Assembly (NCBI GenBank): GCA_964601085.1
Contig: CAZRLN010000004.1
Coordinates: 13,614-77,613 of the forward strand
Reading direction: 5' to 3'
DNA: 64,000 nucleotides
Origin: an uncultured Veillonellaceae bacterium
Lineage (GTDB): Bacteria; Bacillota; Negativicutes; UBA1444
Shown in pieces: positions 25,427 through 36,044 of the stretch; positions within the stretch are counted from its first letter, which is position 1; the number at the start of each line of letters is the position of its first letter. Position numbers and translations under genes: made by a program. The notes beneath the pieces are model-generated. The model was not told the origin of the DNA, searched no databases, and worked only from the letters and a program-made list of their open reading frames with translations.

Positions 25427-25557
25427 GTCGTCACATGGCTGCGGTGGCGGAAAAGGAGATTTGTTTTTTATGTCTAATAGACTGTCAGTTAAAAATCAAA
25501 ACATTTGTTCGGTAGAGAGATTGACATGATGATTGCGCAAAGCGTGGTGAAATTGCG

Positions 25558-26016
25558 ATGGCAAGACATACTGCATTTCGGGAAGAGTATATAGAGCAAT
25601 CCTATCGGCTGAGTCTGCTGGGCGCCACTGACAAAGAAATGGCGGATTTCTTTGGTGTGTCGGAACAGACGTTCAACGCCTGGAAAAAAAAACAACCAGA
25701 ATTTCTTGAGTCCATAAAAAGGGGCAAGGACGAAGCGGATTCCCGAGTTGCTCAAAGCCTTTACCGCCGCGCAACCGGCTACGAACGAGACGAAGTGGAA
25801 ATCAAAGTAGTAGCGATCGGCGGGAACATGGGATCAGAAGTTCAGCAGATTCCCGTTATAAAGCACTATCCGCCCGACACCACGGCCTGCATATTCTGGC
25901 TAAAAAACCGGCAGAAAGAAAAGTGGCGTGACAAACAAGAAGTCGAGGTGGGGCTGGAAGATGGACTGGCCGAACGAATCCTGAGAGCCAGAGAAAGAGC
26001 CAATGCTGACCCGTGA
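25558..26016 (+). CDS. terminase small subunit
   Basis: 152 aa. HTH-like LGATDKEMADFFGVSEQTFNAWKKK plus ESIKRGKDEADSRV, typical of small terminases. Lies directly upstream of the large subunit. Confidence 0.8.
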   Translation: MARHTAFREEYIEQSYRLSLLGATDKEMADFFGVSEQTFNAWKKKQPEFLESIKRGKDEADSRVAQSLYRRATGYERDEVEIKVVAIGGNMGSEVQQIPVIKHYPPDTTACIFWLKNRQKEKWRDKQEVEVGLEDGLAERILRARERANADP

Positions 26017-27457
26017 TGATCTGATGCTGCTCGATGACCTTGGCCGGATTTCGAAAGACCCGTATAAATTTGTTCTTTGGGCCTTTGATTGGGGCGAAGG
26101 CGAGCTAAAAGACGAAGACGGCCCGGACGAGTGGCAGGAGAAAATACTGAAATCGGTTCGCGATGGATTGATCTCGACCAGCCAGGCGATTCAGATCGCG
26201 GTGGCCAGCGGTCACGGAATCGGGAAATCGGCGCTGATCGCCTGGCTAGTCCTGTGGGGAATCTCCACCTTTCCCGACGCCAAAGGAATCGTAACAGCCA
26301 ACACCGATACCCAGCTGCGAACCAAGACCTGGCCGGAAGTCGCCAAGTGGCACAGGCTGTTCATCGCCAAGCGGTTTTTCGTAATGACGGCCACATCCCT
26401 CTATTCGTCGGATCCGATTCACGAAAAAACATGGCGCTGCGACATCATCCCCTGGTCGGTCAACAATCCGGAAGCGTTCGCCGGCATGCACAACCAGGGG
26501 AAGCGGATCCTGCTCCTGTTCGACGAGGCGTCAAAGATCGACGACAAGATCTGGGAAGTTTCCGAGGGAGCGCTGACCGACGAGAACACCGAGATCCTGT
26601 GGGTGGCGTTCGGAAACCCGACGCGCAACACCGGCCGGTTCCGAGAATGCTTCCGAAAATACCGGCATCGCTGGAACACGCAGCAGATCGACAGCCGGAC
26701 CGCCAAGCACACCAACAAAAAGCAGATACAGCAGTGGATCGACGACTACGGAATCGATTCGGACTTTGTGAAGATCCGTGTTTTGGGACAGTTCCCCGTC
26801 CAGTCGGAGCGGCAGTTCATCTCTTCGGACCTGGTGGACCATGCCAGAGGGAAAATCCTTCGCCCGGATCAGTTTAACTTCGCACCGACCATCATTACCT
26901 GCGACCCGGCCTGGACCGGTGAAGATGAGATTGTCATCGCGCTGCGGCAAGGACTGCACTTCCGAATTCTCAAGACCATGCCGTTTAACGACAACGATGT
27001 TTTGGTGGCCAACTTCATTGCCAACTTTGAAGACGAATTCAAGGCGGACGCGGTGTTCATCGATCTCGGATGGGGCCAGGGAATTTATTCGGTCGGCAAG
27101 ACACTGAACAGGAACTGGACGTTGATCGCGTTCGGCGGGGCATCGGCCCGACCGGATTGTGTGTACAAGCGCGACGAGATGTGGCAGCTTGCTAAAGAAT
27201 GGCTGAAGGAAGGCGGGGCGCTGCCGGACGATCAGATCCTGTGCGACGATCTGACGGCGCCGGAAACCGTTCCCCGGCTGGATGGAAAGATCAAGCTGGA
27301 AAGTAAAGAGGACATGAAAGCACGCGGCCTGCCATCACCGAACCGCGGCGACGCCCTGGCACTATCGTTCGCGATGCCGGTGGTGAAGAAGACGGCGTAT
27401 TACGGTCAGCAGCAAAAAGCAAAAGCCAACACCGGCTATAACGTTTTGAGGAGGTAA
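26003..27457 (+). CDS. terminase large subunit
   Basis: 484 aa with Walker A-like ASGHGIGKS, Walker B-like ILLLFDEAS and a C-terminal nuclease-like region. Confidence 0.85.
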   Translation: MLTRDDLMLLDDLGRISKDPYKFVLWAFDWGEGELKDEDGPDEWQEKILKSVRDGLISTSQAIQIAVASGHGIGKSALIAWLVLWGISTFPDAKGIVTANTDTQLRTKTWPEVAKWHRLFIAKRFFVMTATSLYSSDPIHEKTWRCDIIPWSVNNPEAFAGMHNQGKRILLLFDEASKIDDKIWEVSEGALTDENTEILWVAFGNPTRNTGRFRECFRKYRHRWNTQQIDSRTAKHTNKKQIQQWIDDYGIDSDFVKIRVLGQFPVQSERQFISSDLVDHARGKILRPDQFNFAPTIITCDPAWTGEDEIVIALRQGLHFRILKTMPFNDNDVLVANFIANFEDEFKADAVFIDLGWGQGIYSVGKTLNRNWTLIAFGGASARPDCVYKRDEMWQLAKEWLKEGGALPDDQILCDDLTAPETVPRLDGKIKLESKEDMKARGLPSPNRGDALALSFAMPVVKKTAYYGQQQKAKANTGYNVLRR

Positions 27458-27462
27458 CCACC

Positions 27463-27765
27463 ATGTGTACAGCAGTTCTTCCGTGGATATTAGGAGCATC
27501 GGCAGTAGCGTCCACCGTGTCGGCGTTAAGCAGCCCAAAGGTTGCGGACGCTCCGGCTACGGTAACTCTTGAATCTACTCCGGCGACGCCGACGTCCCAG
27601 GACCAATCTTCCACGACATCGACTGAAAATGTTCTGTCGGACGCTCGCGATCGGCGTCGCGTGGCAGCATCCTGGTATTCGACCAACAAGACCAGCGGGA
27701 CCACGACGACGCCGGCGGTCAAGAAAACTCTGCTCGGCGGGCTGTCCACGCCACTGGGAGGATGA
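27463..27765 (+). CDS. hypothetical Ser/Thr-rich protein
   Basis: 100-aa ORF between the terminase and portal genes. Confidence 0.45.
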   Translation: MCTAVLPWILGASAVASTVSALSSPKVADAPATVTLESTPATPTSQDQSSTTSTENVLSDARDRRRVAASWYSTNKTSGTTTTPAVKKTLLGGLSTPLGG

Positions 27766-27766
27766 C

Positions 27767-29503
27767 ATGGGCGCTACATTACTGACATCGCTTCAGCAGG
27801 AGCGCCCGGTAAAAGTGAAGACCGCCGCCGACCTGCGGGCATTCGACCGCAAGTCGGTACAGCGACGCTATGACGCTCTGTTCGAAGAGCAGAAGCGCTG
27901 GGTGCCGAAGTGGAAGGAAATCCGGGATTTCATCGCGCCCTGGTCCGGCGTGTTTGAAAGTGAGAAGCAACTGCAGCACGCCCGCCGCGATGACAAGATT
28001 TTCGACGGTACCGGCTTCGACGCATCGAACATCATGGCAGCCGGAATCATGTTCGGGTTGACGCCGCGCAGCCGGCAATGGTACAAGCTTGGCTCCGAGG
28101 ATCCGGAACTGAACCAGTGGGAGCCGGCGCGGATGCACCTGGAGGAAGTCCAGGACATCCTATATTCCGGCATGAACCGATCGAACGTCTACAACTCGCT
28201 GCATATGCTGTTCGGCGAGTCGGGGACATTCGGGACCGGCGTAATGGGTTCCTGGGAAAATGACGAGCGCATGTTCCGAACCCGGTCGTTCGCGATCGGG
28301 ACGTATGCCCTGGGCACGGATGCCTTCGGATCCGTGAACCGGTTCGCCCGCGAGCTGGAGATGTCGGCGGAGCAAATCGCGCAGGTGTTTGGCAAGGACG
28401 AGCTGACGACGGACATGAAGAACAAGCTGGACAAGGGCGACATCAAGACGAAGTACGCCATCTACCACATGATCGAGCCGAACAACGACTATATACCGGA
28501 CTGCGTCATGCTGGAAGGAATGGCTTATCGGGAGTTCTACTGGCTGAAAGACTCCAAGGACGAAAAGGCACTGTCGGTGCAAGGCTATTACGAACTGCCA
28601 ATCCACGCGCCGCGGTGGTTGGTACCGGATGAAGGAGTATATGGCTACGGTCCCGGCTGGTTCGCTTTAGCGGAGTGCCGGGGGCTGCAGCTCATGAGCG
28701 AGGATGTCCTGGTCGCATTGGAACTGATGATCAAGCCGCCGGTGTCGGCCACGAACAAGGCGTTTGCCAATGGAATTAACCTTTTCCCCGGCGGCGTAAA
28801 CGTCCAAGAAGAAGGAAATCTCCAGCAAAACGCGGTCCGCCCGGTGTTCGAAGTGAATATGCCGGTCGAGCAAGTGGAAATGAAGATCGAGAGGATCCAG
28901 CAGGTGATCAAACGGCGCTTCTTTGCGGATTTGTTCATGATGCTCGACAATTTGAAAAACAATAAAATGACCGCCCGCGAAGTTATTGAGCGCAGTCAGG
29001 AAAAGATGACGATGCTCGGCCCGTCGATCGAGCGGTATCAGACAGAACTGTTGAACCCGTTCATCTCCCGGGCGTATAACATCGCCAACCGCATGGGCAA
29101 GCTGCCGCCGCCGCCGCAAGAACTGATCGGCCGGGAACTGAAGGTCGAATATGTGTCGCCGCTGTCCCTGGCGCAAAAGGCATCCGGCATAACCGCGCTG
29201 GAGCAGGGATTGGCGATCGCGCTGAATCTGGCCACGGCGTTCCCGAACGTACGCAAGAAGATCAAAGAGATGGAAGCGGTGGACCGTTACTGGGATATGC
29301 TTGGCATCCCGACGGGCATTCTGCGTACGGACGAAGAGGTGGAGGCCATGATCAAGCAAGAGCAGGCAGAGATGGCGCAACAGGTGCAGCAGGAACAGCT
29401 GATGCAGGCGACGGAAGCGGCGCGAAACTTGGCGCAGGCCGACATGTCCGGAAAGAATGTCCTGACGGCCGCCCTGGGCGCCAGCCCGGGGGTACAGATA
29501 TGA
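27767..29503 (+). CDS. portal protein (T7 gp8-like head-to-tail connector type)
   Basis: GGGAGGA RBS before ATG 27767. About 578 aa in the expected position. The N-terminal region (RYDALFEEQKRWVPKWKEIRDFIAP...IFDGTG) resembles the Head-tail_con family. Confidence 0.75.
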   Translation: MGATLLTSLQQERPVKVKTAADLRAFDRKSVQRRYDALFEEQKRWVPKWKEIRDFIAPWSGVFESEKQLQHARRDDKIFDGTGFDASNIMAAGIMFGLTPRSRQWYKLGSEDPELNQWEPARMHLEEVQDILYSGMNRSNVYNSLHMLFGESGTFGTGVMGSWENDERMFRTRSFAIGTYALGTDAFGSVNRFARELEMSAEQIAQVFGKDELTTDMKNKLDKGDIKTKYAIYHMIEPNNDYIPDCVMLEGMAYREFYWLKDSKDEKALSVQGYYELPIHAPRWLVPDEGVYGYGPGWFALAECRGLQLMSEDVLVALELMIKPPVSATNKAFANGINLFPGGVNVQEEGNLQQNAVRPVFEVNMPVEQVEMKIERIQQVIKRRFFADLFMMLDNLKNNKMTAREVIERSQEKMTMLGPSIERYQTELLNPFISRAYNIANRMGKLPPPPQELIGRELKVEYVSPLSLAQKASGITALEQGLAIALNLATAFPNVRKKIKEMEAVDRYWDMLGIPTGILRTDEEVEAMIKQEQAEMAQQVQQEQLMQATEAARNLAQADMSGKNVLTAALGASPGVQI

Positions 29504-29880
29504 GGGCGCTTAAAGAGCAGGACAAACAGATCAAGGATCTGCAGACACTATCCCAGGACGCCAGGGTCCAGTATCGGCTGGCCTGCCTACTGGCTGTGCT
29601 GCGGACCGAAGAAGGGAGAACGCTGTTTACATGGATGGAGGAGTTGTGCAAGGTCAATGACGACGATTTTCAGGGAAACGCGCGGGATGCGTACAATGCG
29701 GGGATGCGGTCGGTGTTCCTGCGGTTCAAGAGGTTCATTCAGACGCTGGGGCGGGAAGGTTTTTCGCTATTTTACCAGGCTGCACAGGAGAACATGATTC
29801 GCGAGATGGACGCCGACCTGAAGCTCAAAAAAGCCATTGAAAAAATTATGGAGGGAAACAGTCATGAAGAACAGCAATAG
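29500..29880 (+). CDS. hypothetical protein (Bbp19-like?)
   Basis: 126 aa with ATGA overlap to the portal gene. GRTLFTWMEELC...NARDAYNAGMRSVFLRF is reminiscent of Bbp19-family proteins. Confidence 0.4.
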   Translation: MRALKEQDKQIKDLQTLSQDARVQYRLACLLAVLRTEEGRTLFTWMEELCKVNDDDFQGNARDAYNAGMRSVFLRFKRFIQTLGREGFSLFYQAAQENMIREMDADLKLKKAIEKIMEGNSHEEQQ

Positions 29881-30607
29881 CCAATCTGCTCCGCAAAATG
29901 ACATTGGAGGAGCGCTGAACGCCCGGAGCGTTCTTGGACAAACCTACACCATGGACCTGCAACGATTCGCCGAGGGAGATCCGCCGCCGGCAGACCCACC
30001 GGCCAACGACCCGGCGGCCAATCCGGAGCCGGGGACCAAGGAACAGCCCGCGCAGGACCCGCCGCCTGCCGATCCGGCCAAGGCTCCGGATCCTAATCCA
30101 ACGGACCCGGCCAAAGACCCGGCCAAGGAACCAGACAAAGACCCGGAAAAGGATCCAGACCCCAACGCCAACCAGCCGCCGGAGAACTACGATTTGAAAC
30201 TTCCGGAAGGCTATGCGATTGCGGACACGGACAACGAGTCGCTGATGTCGTTTTTGAAAGAAAACAAAATCCCGCAGGAGCAGGCGCAGCGGCTGGCCGA
30301 CATGTACGTCAAGTCGCAACAGGATTCACAGGCCCGGCAGATCGAGGGCTGGCAGAAGGAAACGGAAGCCTACCTGAAGACCGGCCGGGAAGAAAAATTA
30401 CAGTTAGCGGGCAAGGGCCTGGCGGTCTTTGACCCTGACGGAAATTTTTCAAAGCTCCTGGACGCAACCGGGCTGGGTGAAAACGTGGAGTTTCTGAAAC
30501 GGTTCGAAGCGCTCGGGCGCCGGATCTCGGAAGGGAAGTTCGTGGAAGGCGAACCGGCGAAGGGCGGCAATTTCCTCAGCAACATGTACACATCGATGAA
30601 AGATTGA
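29864..30607 (+). CDS. capsid scaffolding protein
   Basis: Sits between portal and capsid. Pro/Asp/Lys-rich low-complexity N-terminal half with a helical C-terminal half. GGAGGG RBS. Confidence 0.6.
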   Translation: MKNSNSQSAPQNDIGGALNARSVLGQTYTMDLQRFAEGDPPPADPPANDPAANPEPGTKEQPAQDPPPADPAKAPDPNPTDPAKDPAKEPDKDPEKDPDPNANQPPENYDLKLPEGYAIADTDNESLMSFLKENKIPQEQAQRLADMYVKSQQDSQARQIEGWQKETEAYLKTGREEKLQLAGKGLAVFDPDGNFSKLLDATGLGENVEFLKRFEALGRRISEGKFVEGEPAKGGNFLSNMYTSMKD

Positions 30608-30632
30608 AAAAAACAGCAAGGAGGACTAAGCA

Positions 30633-31625
30633 ATGAATCTCACGCTTATGGACCTGAAATCCCGCATGGATCCCAATGGCGCCCACGCGGAGGTTATCGA
30701 GGTGCTGGCCAAGAGCTGCCCGCTCCATATCGACGCGGTATGGAAGGAAGGCAACCTGAAGACCGGTAACCTGACGACCCGCCGCAGCGGACTTCCTTCG
30801 ATCGGTCGGAGAACAATCAACAAAGGCATCCCTGGGTCCGCTTCGAAGACCACGCAAGTCGTGGACACCTGCGTCAACTACGAAGGAAACTCGGAAATTG
30901 ACGTGATGTTCTTAAAACTGGCCAAGGACAAAAAGGAATTTCGATGGGGAGAGGATTCCGCGTTTATCGAAAAATTCAATGAAACTTTCAGCGAAGACAT
31001 GATCTACGGCGATACCACGCAGGACCCGTCGAACTTCAACGGGCTGGCTGTCCGCTACAACACCCTGACCGGCGACAAGGGCAGCTTCGGTTACCAGGTT
31101 GTCAGCGCCGGCGGTGCCGGTAGCGACAACACGTCGATCTGGATCGTGGCCTGGAGCGACAAGGGCATCCACTGCGTGTATCCGGAAGGATCCCAGGCTG
31201 GTCTGGAGATCAGCGACAAAGGGGAACAGCGGGTCACGGACACGACCGGAAACCCGTTCTATGCCTGGTGCACCAACTTCGTGTGGACTCCCGGACTGGC
31301 CGTGCGCGATCCGCAGTACGCTGCGCGACTGGCCAACATCGACGTGTCCGACCTGATCACGTTCGGCTCAGGTTCCGATACATCGCCAAAACTGATCCAG
31401 AAATTGATCCTGGCCAAGAACCGGATCAAGCGGTTCGAAAACACGCGGCCGGCGATGTACGTGAACGACCTGGTCTATTCCTGGCTGGAAATCATGCTCA
31501 GCGACAAAAGCAACGTCTATGTAACCAGGCGCGAGCTGATGGACAAGATGCCGGAACTGTTCTTCGCCGGGATCCCGATTCGCAAGTGCGACGCGATTCT
31601 GTCCAACGAAGCCAAGGTATCCTGA
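30633..31625 (+). CDS. major capsid protein
   Basis: 330 aa with strong AAGGAGGA RBS, in the position after the scaffold gene. Composition is typical of HK97-fold capsid proteins. Confidence 0.75.
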   Translation: MNLTLMDLKSRMDPNGAHAEVIEVLAKSCPLHIDAVWKEGNLKTGNLTTRRSGLPSIGRRTINKGIPGSASKTTQVVDTCVNYEGNSEIDVMFLKLAKDKKEFRWGEDSAFIEKFNETFSEDMIYGDTTQDPSNFNGLAVRYNTLTGDKGSFGYQVVSAGGAGSDNTSIWIVAWSDKGIHCVYPEGSQAGLEISDKGEQRVTDTTGNPFYAWCTNFVWTPGLAVRDPQYAARLANIDVSDLITFGSGSDTSPKLIQKLILAKNRIKRFENTRPAMYVNDLVYSWLEIMLSDKSNVYVTRRELMDKMPELFFAGIPIRKCDAILSNEAKVS

Positions 31626-31662
31626 CGAGAATCCCAACAATAACGAAAAGGAGGACCTTACC

Positions 31663-32064
31663 ATGATCATTGACCATAAATTTTCCGATGCGCAGAGCCT
31701 GGCCACGGCCAGCGCTGCCACGAACTGCACCAACATCCTGGACGTCGGCGTGACCGGTGGACAGTATATCCATGACGCACCGTTCGTCGTCTGCCAGGTG
31801 GAAACGGCGTTCGCCTGCGCCGGCAGCAACCCGACGCTGACGGTTGAGCTGGTGGAATCCGCCAATGCGGATCTGTCTTCGGGAACCACCCTGTGGTCTT
31901 CCGGAACGATTGCCGAAGCTACGCTGGTCGACAAATACGTGATCTGCAAGATGCGGCTGCCGAAGCTGACGAAGCGATATTGCGGATTCGTATACACCCC
32001 GTCGGCGGCGTTCGATTCCGGCAAGCTCGATGCCGTGTTGGCGCCGGACGCCGACATTCAGTAA
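31663..32064 (+). CDS. capsid decoration/cement protein (Bbp16-like)
   Basis: 133 aa immediately after the capsid gene. The pattern HKFSDAQSL...TNILDVG... resembles the BPP-1 Bbp16 family. Confidence 0.45.
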   Translation: MIIDHKFSDAQSLATASAATNCTNILDVGVTGGQYIHDAPFVVCQVETAFACAGSNPTLTVELVESANADLSSGTTLWSSGTIAEATLVDKYVICKMRLPKLTKRYCGFVYTPSAAFDSGKLDAVLAPDADIQ

Positions 32065-32073
32065 GGAGGCAGC

Positions 32074-32475
32074 ATGAGGTATAAAGCGCTGTTCTCATCC
32101 CAGGGGTTCCTCGGCCGATACTGGCGCCCCGGCGACATCACCGCCGACACTGACGAGAAACCGCCGGTATCCAAGGTGTCCGGACCGCTGTTCCGACCGC
32201 TGACCGACGAAGAACTTGCCTTGGTCGAGGCAAAGGAAAATGTCCGGATTCCCGGGGACTACGGCCCCGATCGGAAAACGCTGGCGCAGCTGAGCGAGGA
32301 GCTGGCGAATCAGGGCAAGACCGGTACCGGCGTGCAGTTCAATCCGGAGAAGGAAAAGGAGCTGCAAGGCAAGACGGTCGATGAATTGCTGGTCATCGCC
32401 GCTGAAAAAGGGATCGAAGTGGACCCGAAGTGGAAGAAGCCGCAGATCGTCGCGGCGATCAGAAAGAGCCTGTAA
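32074..32475 (+). CDS. hypothetical protein with Rho-N/SAP-like C-terminal motif
   Basis: 133 aa. GKTVDELLVIAAEKGIEVDPKWKKPQIVAAIRK. Confidence 0.5.
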   Translation: MRYKALFSSQGFLGRYWRPGDITADTDEKPPVSKVSGPLFRPLTDEELALVEAKENVRIPGDYGPDRKTLAQLSEELANQGKTGTGVQFNPEKEKELQGKTVDELLVIAAEKGIEVDPKWKKPQIVAAIRKSL

Positions 32476-32488
32476 CAGTAGAAGAAAG

Positions 32489-32516
32489 CCGGGGGCGCGA
32501 TTGATTCCGCCCCCGG
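32489..32516 (+). terminator. GC-rich stem-loop after the head genes (weak terminator/processing site)
   Basis: CCGGGGGCG / CGCCCCCGG 9-bp stem with a 10-nt loop and no clear U tract. Confidence 0.35.
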
Positions 32517-32540
32517 GCTTGCAATGGGAGGTTAACGGAT

Positions 32541-33131
32541 ATGTCCTCCAAAGTCGATATTTGTAACTTCGCCCTGGCGAACCTGAGCATTCAGCCGATC
32601 GTGTCCCTGACGGATATGAACAGCAAGGCAGCTCGCTGGTGCAATCTGATGTTTGACATTACCCGTGACACTGTCCTGCGGGACTTTCCGTGGGGCTTCG
32701 CAAATCAGGAAGTGGTTCTCGCCCTGGCGTCCGGAGATACGGCCAGCGGGTGGGATTATGTATATCAGTATCCGGCGAACTGCCTGAAGGTCCGCAGGGT
32801 TTTCATGAACGGATTGTCGGATCCGCAAGTGTCGGATCCGTTCGATGAGCAGTTGATCGGCGGATCGCTGAAGATCGTCAGCAATACCGCGTCGGCGCGG
32901 GCCAAATACACGGCGAAGAACACGGACACCACCTTTTATGACGTCCAGTTCATCGAGGCGTTTTCGTATAAACTGGCTGCGGCCATCGCCATGCCGATGA
33001 CGAACAACACGGGCCTGCGCAATGACTTGATCAAGATGTACCTGCAGTTCATCGGTACCGCGCAGACTTCGTCGGCAACCGAGAAATATCAGGAGCCGCA
33101 GCGGGGTAACCGGTACACCAGCGGGCGGTAG
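32541..33131 (+). CDS. T7 gp11-like adaptor (tail tubular protein A)
   Basis: N-terminal ICNFALANLSIQPIVSLTDMNSKAARWCNLMFDITRDTVLRDFPWGF parallels T7 gp11 (VNDILASIGEPPVSTLE...RGWTFN). Confidence 0.65.
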   Translation: MSSKVDICNFALANLSIQPIVSLTDMNSKAARWCNLMFDITRDTVLRDFPWGFANQEVVLALASGDTASGWDYVYQYPANCLKVRRVFMNGLSDPQVSDPFDEQLIGGSLKIVSNTASARAKYTAKNTDTTFYDVQFIEAFSYKLAAAIAMPMTNNTGLRNDLIKMYLQFIGTAQTSSATEKYQEPQRGNRYTSGR

Positions 33132-33139
33132 GGCTGATC

Positions 33140-35569
33140 ATGGGGAACGTGTTTCTAATCCAGAAGTCGTTCGCAACCGGGGAGATTAGTGAGTCGATGG
33201 TCGCCCGCGACGATGTGCCGAAGCTGGCCATGGGCGCTATGACCATGCGCAACCGGACCGTGCTGCCGCATGGGCCGAGCCAGTGCCGGACCGGGTTCCG
33301 GTTCGCATTCCCAGCGAAGTATAGCGACAAGGCGGCGGTGCTGCGCCCGTTCGTGTATTCGACGGATCAGCAGTGCGTGCTCGAATTCGGCGATTATTAC
33401 ATCCGGTTTTTCAAAAGTCACGGGGTGATCGTCAAGACGACGGGAGATACCGACGCCTGGGCGAGCGGAACGGTGTACGCAGCCTATGACTATGTACAGA
33501 ACGATGGTCTGATCTACCGTTGCCTGGCCGATCACACGGCGGCCGCCGGCAACGAGCCGGGAACCGGTGCTTCTTGGGCGACGTACTGGGTGCAGGACGA
33601 TGTCTATGAAATCGCGTCGCCGTATTCGGCGGCCCAAGTGCAGGCGCTGAAGTTCACCCAGTCCGCCGACACCGTGTACATCATGCATGTGGCGCACTGG
33701 CCCCGGACGTTGACTCGATATGGGTATACGGACTGGCGGCTTGAAAAATATATGTTCGAGAACGGCCCTTTTCTGAAGGAGAACGGCGGGGACACCACGT
33801 TGACGTTGGCGGCGACCAAGGGCAGCGGCGTCACGCTGACGGCGTCGGCGGATTTGTTTGCGGCCGGCCATGTTGGGTCGCTGTGGCGGATCCGGCACAA
33901 GGTGGCCACAACCAAAGCGTCGGGATCGTTTGCGGCAACGGGGACGTCGGCAACGGTCAAGGGGATGGGGAAATGGAAGGTTGTCTCCAACGGTACTTGG
34001 ACCGCCAAGTTTGATCTGGAGATATCCGCCGATGGCGTGACATGGGAAACATTCCGGTCCTATTCAGGCGAAAACAACAATAATGTTTTGGAAGCGGAGC
34101 TGTCGGACGGGTTGGGATACTATCGGCTCAACTGCTATTCCTACACTTCTGGAACCCTGTCTTATGACCTGACGATGCAAGCCCATAAATGGGACTGCAT
34201 CGTCCGCATCGTTTCGGTAACTGACGCCAAGCATGCCGTGGTGGATTTCATTGACGGCGAAGAGGCAGCGAACACCGCCGACACGGATTACTGGGCGGAA
34301 GGCGCCTGGTCCGACGTGCGCGGCTGGCCGACCTGCGCAGTGTTTTCCTCGGAGAATCGGTTCTGCATGGGCGGATCGAACTATGAGCCGCTCATGGTGC
34401 GCCAGTCGGTAAACGATGATTACACGAATTTCCGCACGTCGAACCCGGTGGTGGACGATGACGCGGTGGCGGTGCCGATGGTGGCGCGGGAAGTCAACGC
34501 GGTGCGGGCGCTGGTATCCATGAGTGATTTGATTGCCCTGACCTCGGAAGCGGAGTTCCGGATCAGCTCGGCCAACGGCGGCGCGACGACGCCCAGCAAT
34601 GTGCGAGCCACGCCGCAGGAGTTCAACGGGATCTCTACGGTGGCGCCGGTGACGGTCGGCAACCGGATCCTGTTCAACCAGGCGCAAGGGTCGATCATTC
34701 TGGACATGGCCTATCAGTTTGATTCGGACGCTTACCGCGGCGCGGACATCACCGTTTTCGCCAGGCATTTGTTCGAAGGACACACGATCAAGGATATGTG
34801 GTTCCAAAAAGCGCCGCAGTCGATCCTGTGGTGCGTGCGGGACGACGGAATCATGCTCGGGCTTACCTACCTGCGGGACCAGGAAGTCTGGGCCTGGCAC
34901 TGGCACGATTCGGATGGGCTGTTTGAATCCGGATGCTCGATTCATGAAGGCGGGATCAACGAGATCTGGGCGATGGTAGCGCGGCCGATCGGCGGCGTTA
35001 CAAAGAAATATGTGGAGTATCAGCTGCCGGCGGATCCCACGGAGACGGAAACGGACCTGTTCTATCTGGACAGCGGGCTGACTTATGACGGCGAACCGAT
35101 TCTGACCGTGACAGGGCTCGGACATTTGGAAGGGAAATCAGTCACGGCGCTGGCTGATGGGTTTATTTATCGGGATCTGGTCGTAACTAACGGGGAGATC
35201 GTGCTGCCGGACGCAGCGTCCAAGATCATCGTGGGGCTGCCGTATGTGATGGATCTGGAACTGCCGGATGCGCAGATGGACCTGCAGGACGGGACATCCC
35301 AGGGGCGACTGAAGCAGGTGGTGAACCTGATTTTGCGGCTCAGCAATTCGGTGGGCGGCAAAGTCGGGCCGACGTTCGACGGGCCGTGGGAGCTCATCCC
35401 CTACGACAATCCGGACAATTATGACGAACCGCTGTCCCTGTTTAGCGGGGAGGTGACCGTACCGTTCCCCGGCGATCCGGATACTCGGGGCAGGGTCTGC
35501 ATCCGACAGTCGGATCCGTTGCCGCTCACGGTGCTGGCAGCCATCCGGGAAGTAAACTTCCTTGGCTAG
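33140..35569 (+). CDS. T7 gp12-like nozzle (tail tubular protein B)
   Basis: 809 aa (T7 gp12 is about 794 aa), in the position directly after the gp11-like gene. Confidence 0.6.
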   Translation: MGNVFLIQKSFATGEISESMVARDDVPKLAMGAMTMRNRTVLPHGPSQCRTGFRFAFPAKYSDKAAVLRPFVYSTDQQCVLEFGDYYIRFFKSHGVIVKTTGDTDAWASGTVYAAYDYVQNDGLIYRCLADHTAAAGNEPGTGASWATYWVQDDVYEIASPYSAAQVQALKFTQSADTVYIMHVAHWPRTLTRYGYTDWRLEKYMFENGPFLKENGGDTTLTLAATKGSGVTLTASADLFAAGHVGSLWRIRHKVATTKASGSFAATGTSATVKGMGKWKVVSNGTWTAKFDLEISADGVTWETFRSYSGENNNNVLEAELSDGLGYYRLNCYSYTSGTLSYDLTMQAHKWDCIVRIVSVTDAKHAVVDFIDGEEAANTADTDYWAEGAWSDVRGWPTCAVFSSENRFCMGGSNYEPLMVRQSVNDDYTNFRTSNPVVDDDAVAVPMVAREVNAVRALVSMSDLIALTSEAEFRISSANGGATTPSNVRATPQEFNGISTVAPVTVGNRILFNQAQGSIILDMAYQFDSDAYRGADITVFARHLFEGHTIKDMWFQKAPQSILWCVRDDGIMLGLTYLRDQEVWAWHWHDSDGLFESGCSIHEGGINEIWAMVARPIGGVTKKYVEYQLPADPTETETDLFYLDSGLTYDGEPILTVTGLGHLEGKSVTALADGFIYRDLVVTNGEIVLPDAASKIIVGLPYVMDLELPDAQMDLQDGTSQGRLKQVVNLILRLSNSVGGKVGPTFDGPWELIPYDNPDNYDEPLSLFSGEVTVPFPGDPDTRGRVCIRQSDPLPLTVLAAIREVNFLG

Positions 35570-36044
35570 GCTGATCGTTCGTCCGGCAACTCCGGCGGAT
35601 ATTCAGGATATTGGCCGGCGGCTGCGCCGGTCGGATCAGGAAGAAATCCGGGCGATCGCGGACATATCACCGCTAGATGCGGTGGCGGCGTCGGCAGCGG
35701 CGTCAGCGGAAACACTGGTGATGGATCTGGACGGCAAGGTGATCTGCATCGGCGGGGTGACACCAGTGGACGCGGCGAGCGGAACCGGTGCGTATGTCTG
35801 GCAGCTGGGTTCGCCGGAGATCGATGCCAACATGGTCGCCTTCTATCGGGAGAGCCGGGCGCTGCGAGATCGGTGGCTGCGCCAATATTCGCTGCTGCAA
35901 AACTGGGTATATGCCGGGAACACGGTGTCTATCCGCTACCTGCGCCGGCTGGGGTATTCGTTGGCGGATATGCCAATGCCGTTCGGAGTCTATGGCTTGC
36001 CCTTCTACTACTTTTATATCAGGGGTGATCGTTATGTGTGTTAA
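35562..36044 (+). CDS. gp13-position internal virion protein with GNAT-like features
   Basis: 160 aa. IVRPATPADIQDI...NTVSIRYLRRLGYS resembles an acetyltransferase fold/DUF2833 type. TTG start. Confidence 0.4.
   Translation: MARLIVRPATPADIQDIGRRLRRSDQEEIRAIADISPLDAVAASAAASAETLVMDLDGKVICIGGVTPVDAASGTGAYVWQLGSPEIDANMVAFYRESRALRDRWLRQYSLLQNWVYAGNTVSIRYLRRLGYSLADMPMPFGVYGLPFYYFYIRGDRYVC

Noticed and set aside
29934-30197. Alternative-frame ORFs within the scaffold gene (29934-30197 plus strand, 29944-30171 and 29846-30319 minus strand).
   Set aside because: They arise from the repetitive Pro/Asp/Lys-coding tract (CCG/GAC/AAG repeats). They are low-complexity, and no ribosome binding sites are present.
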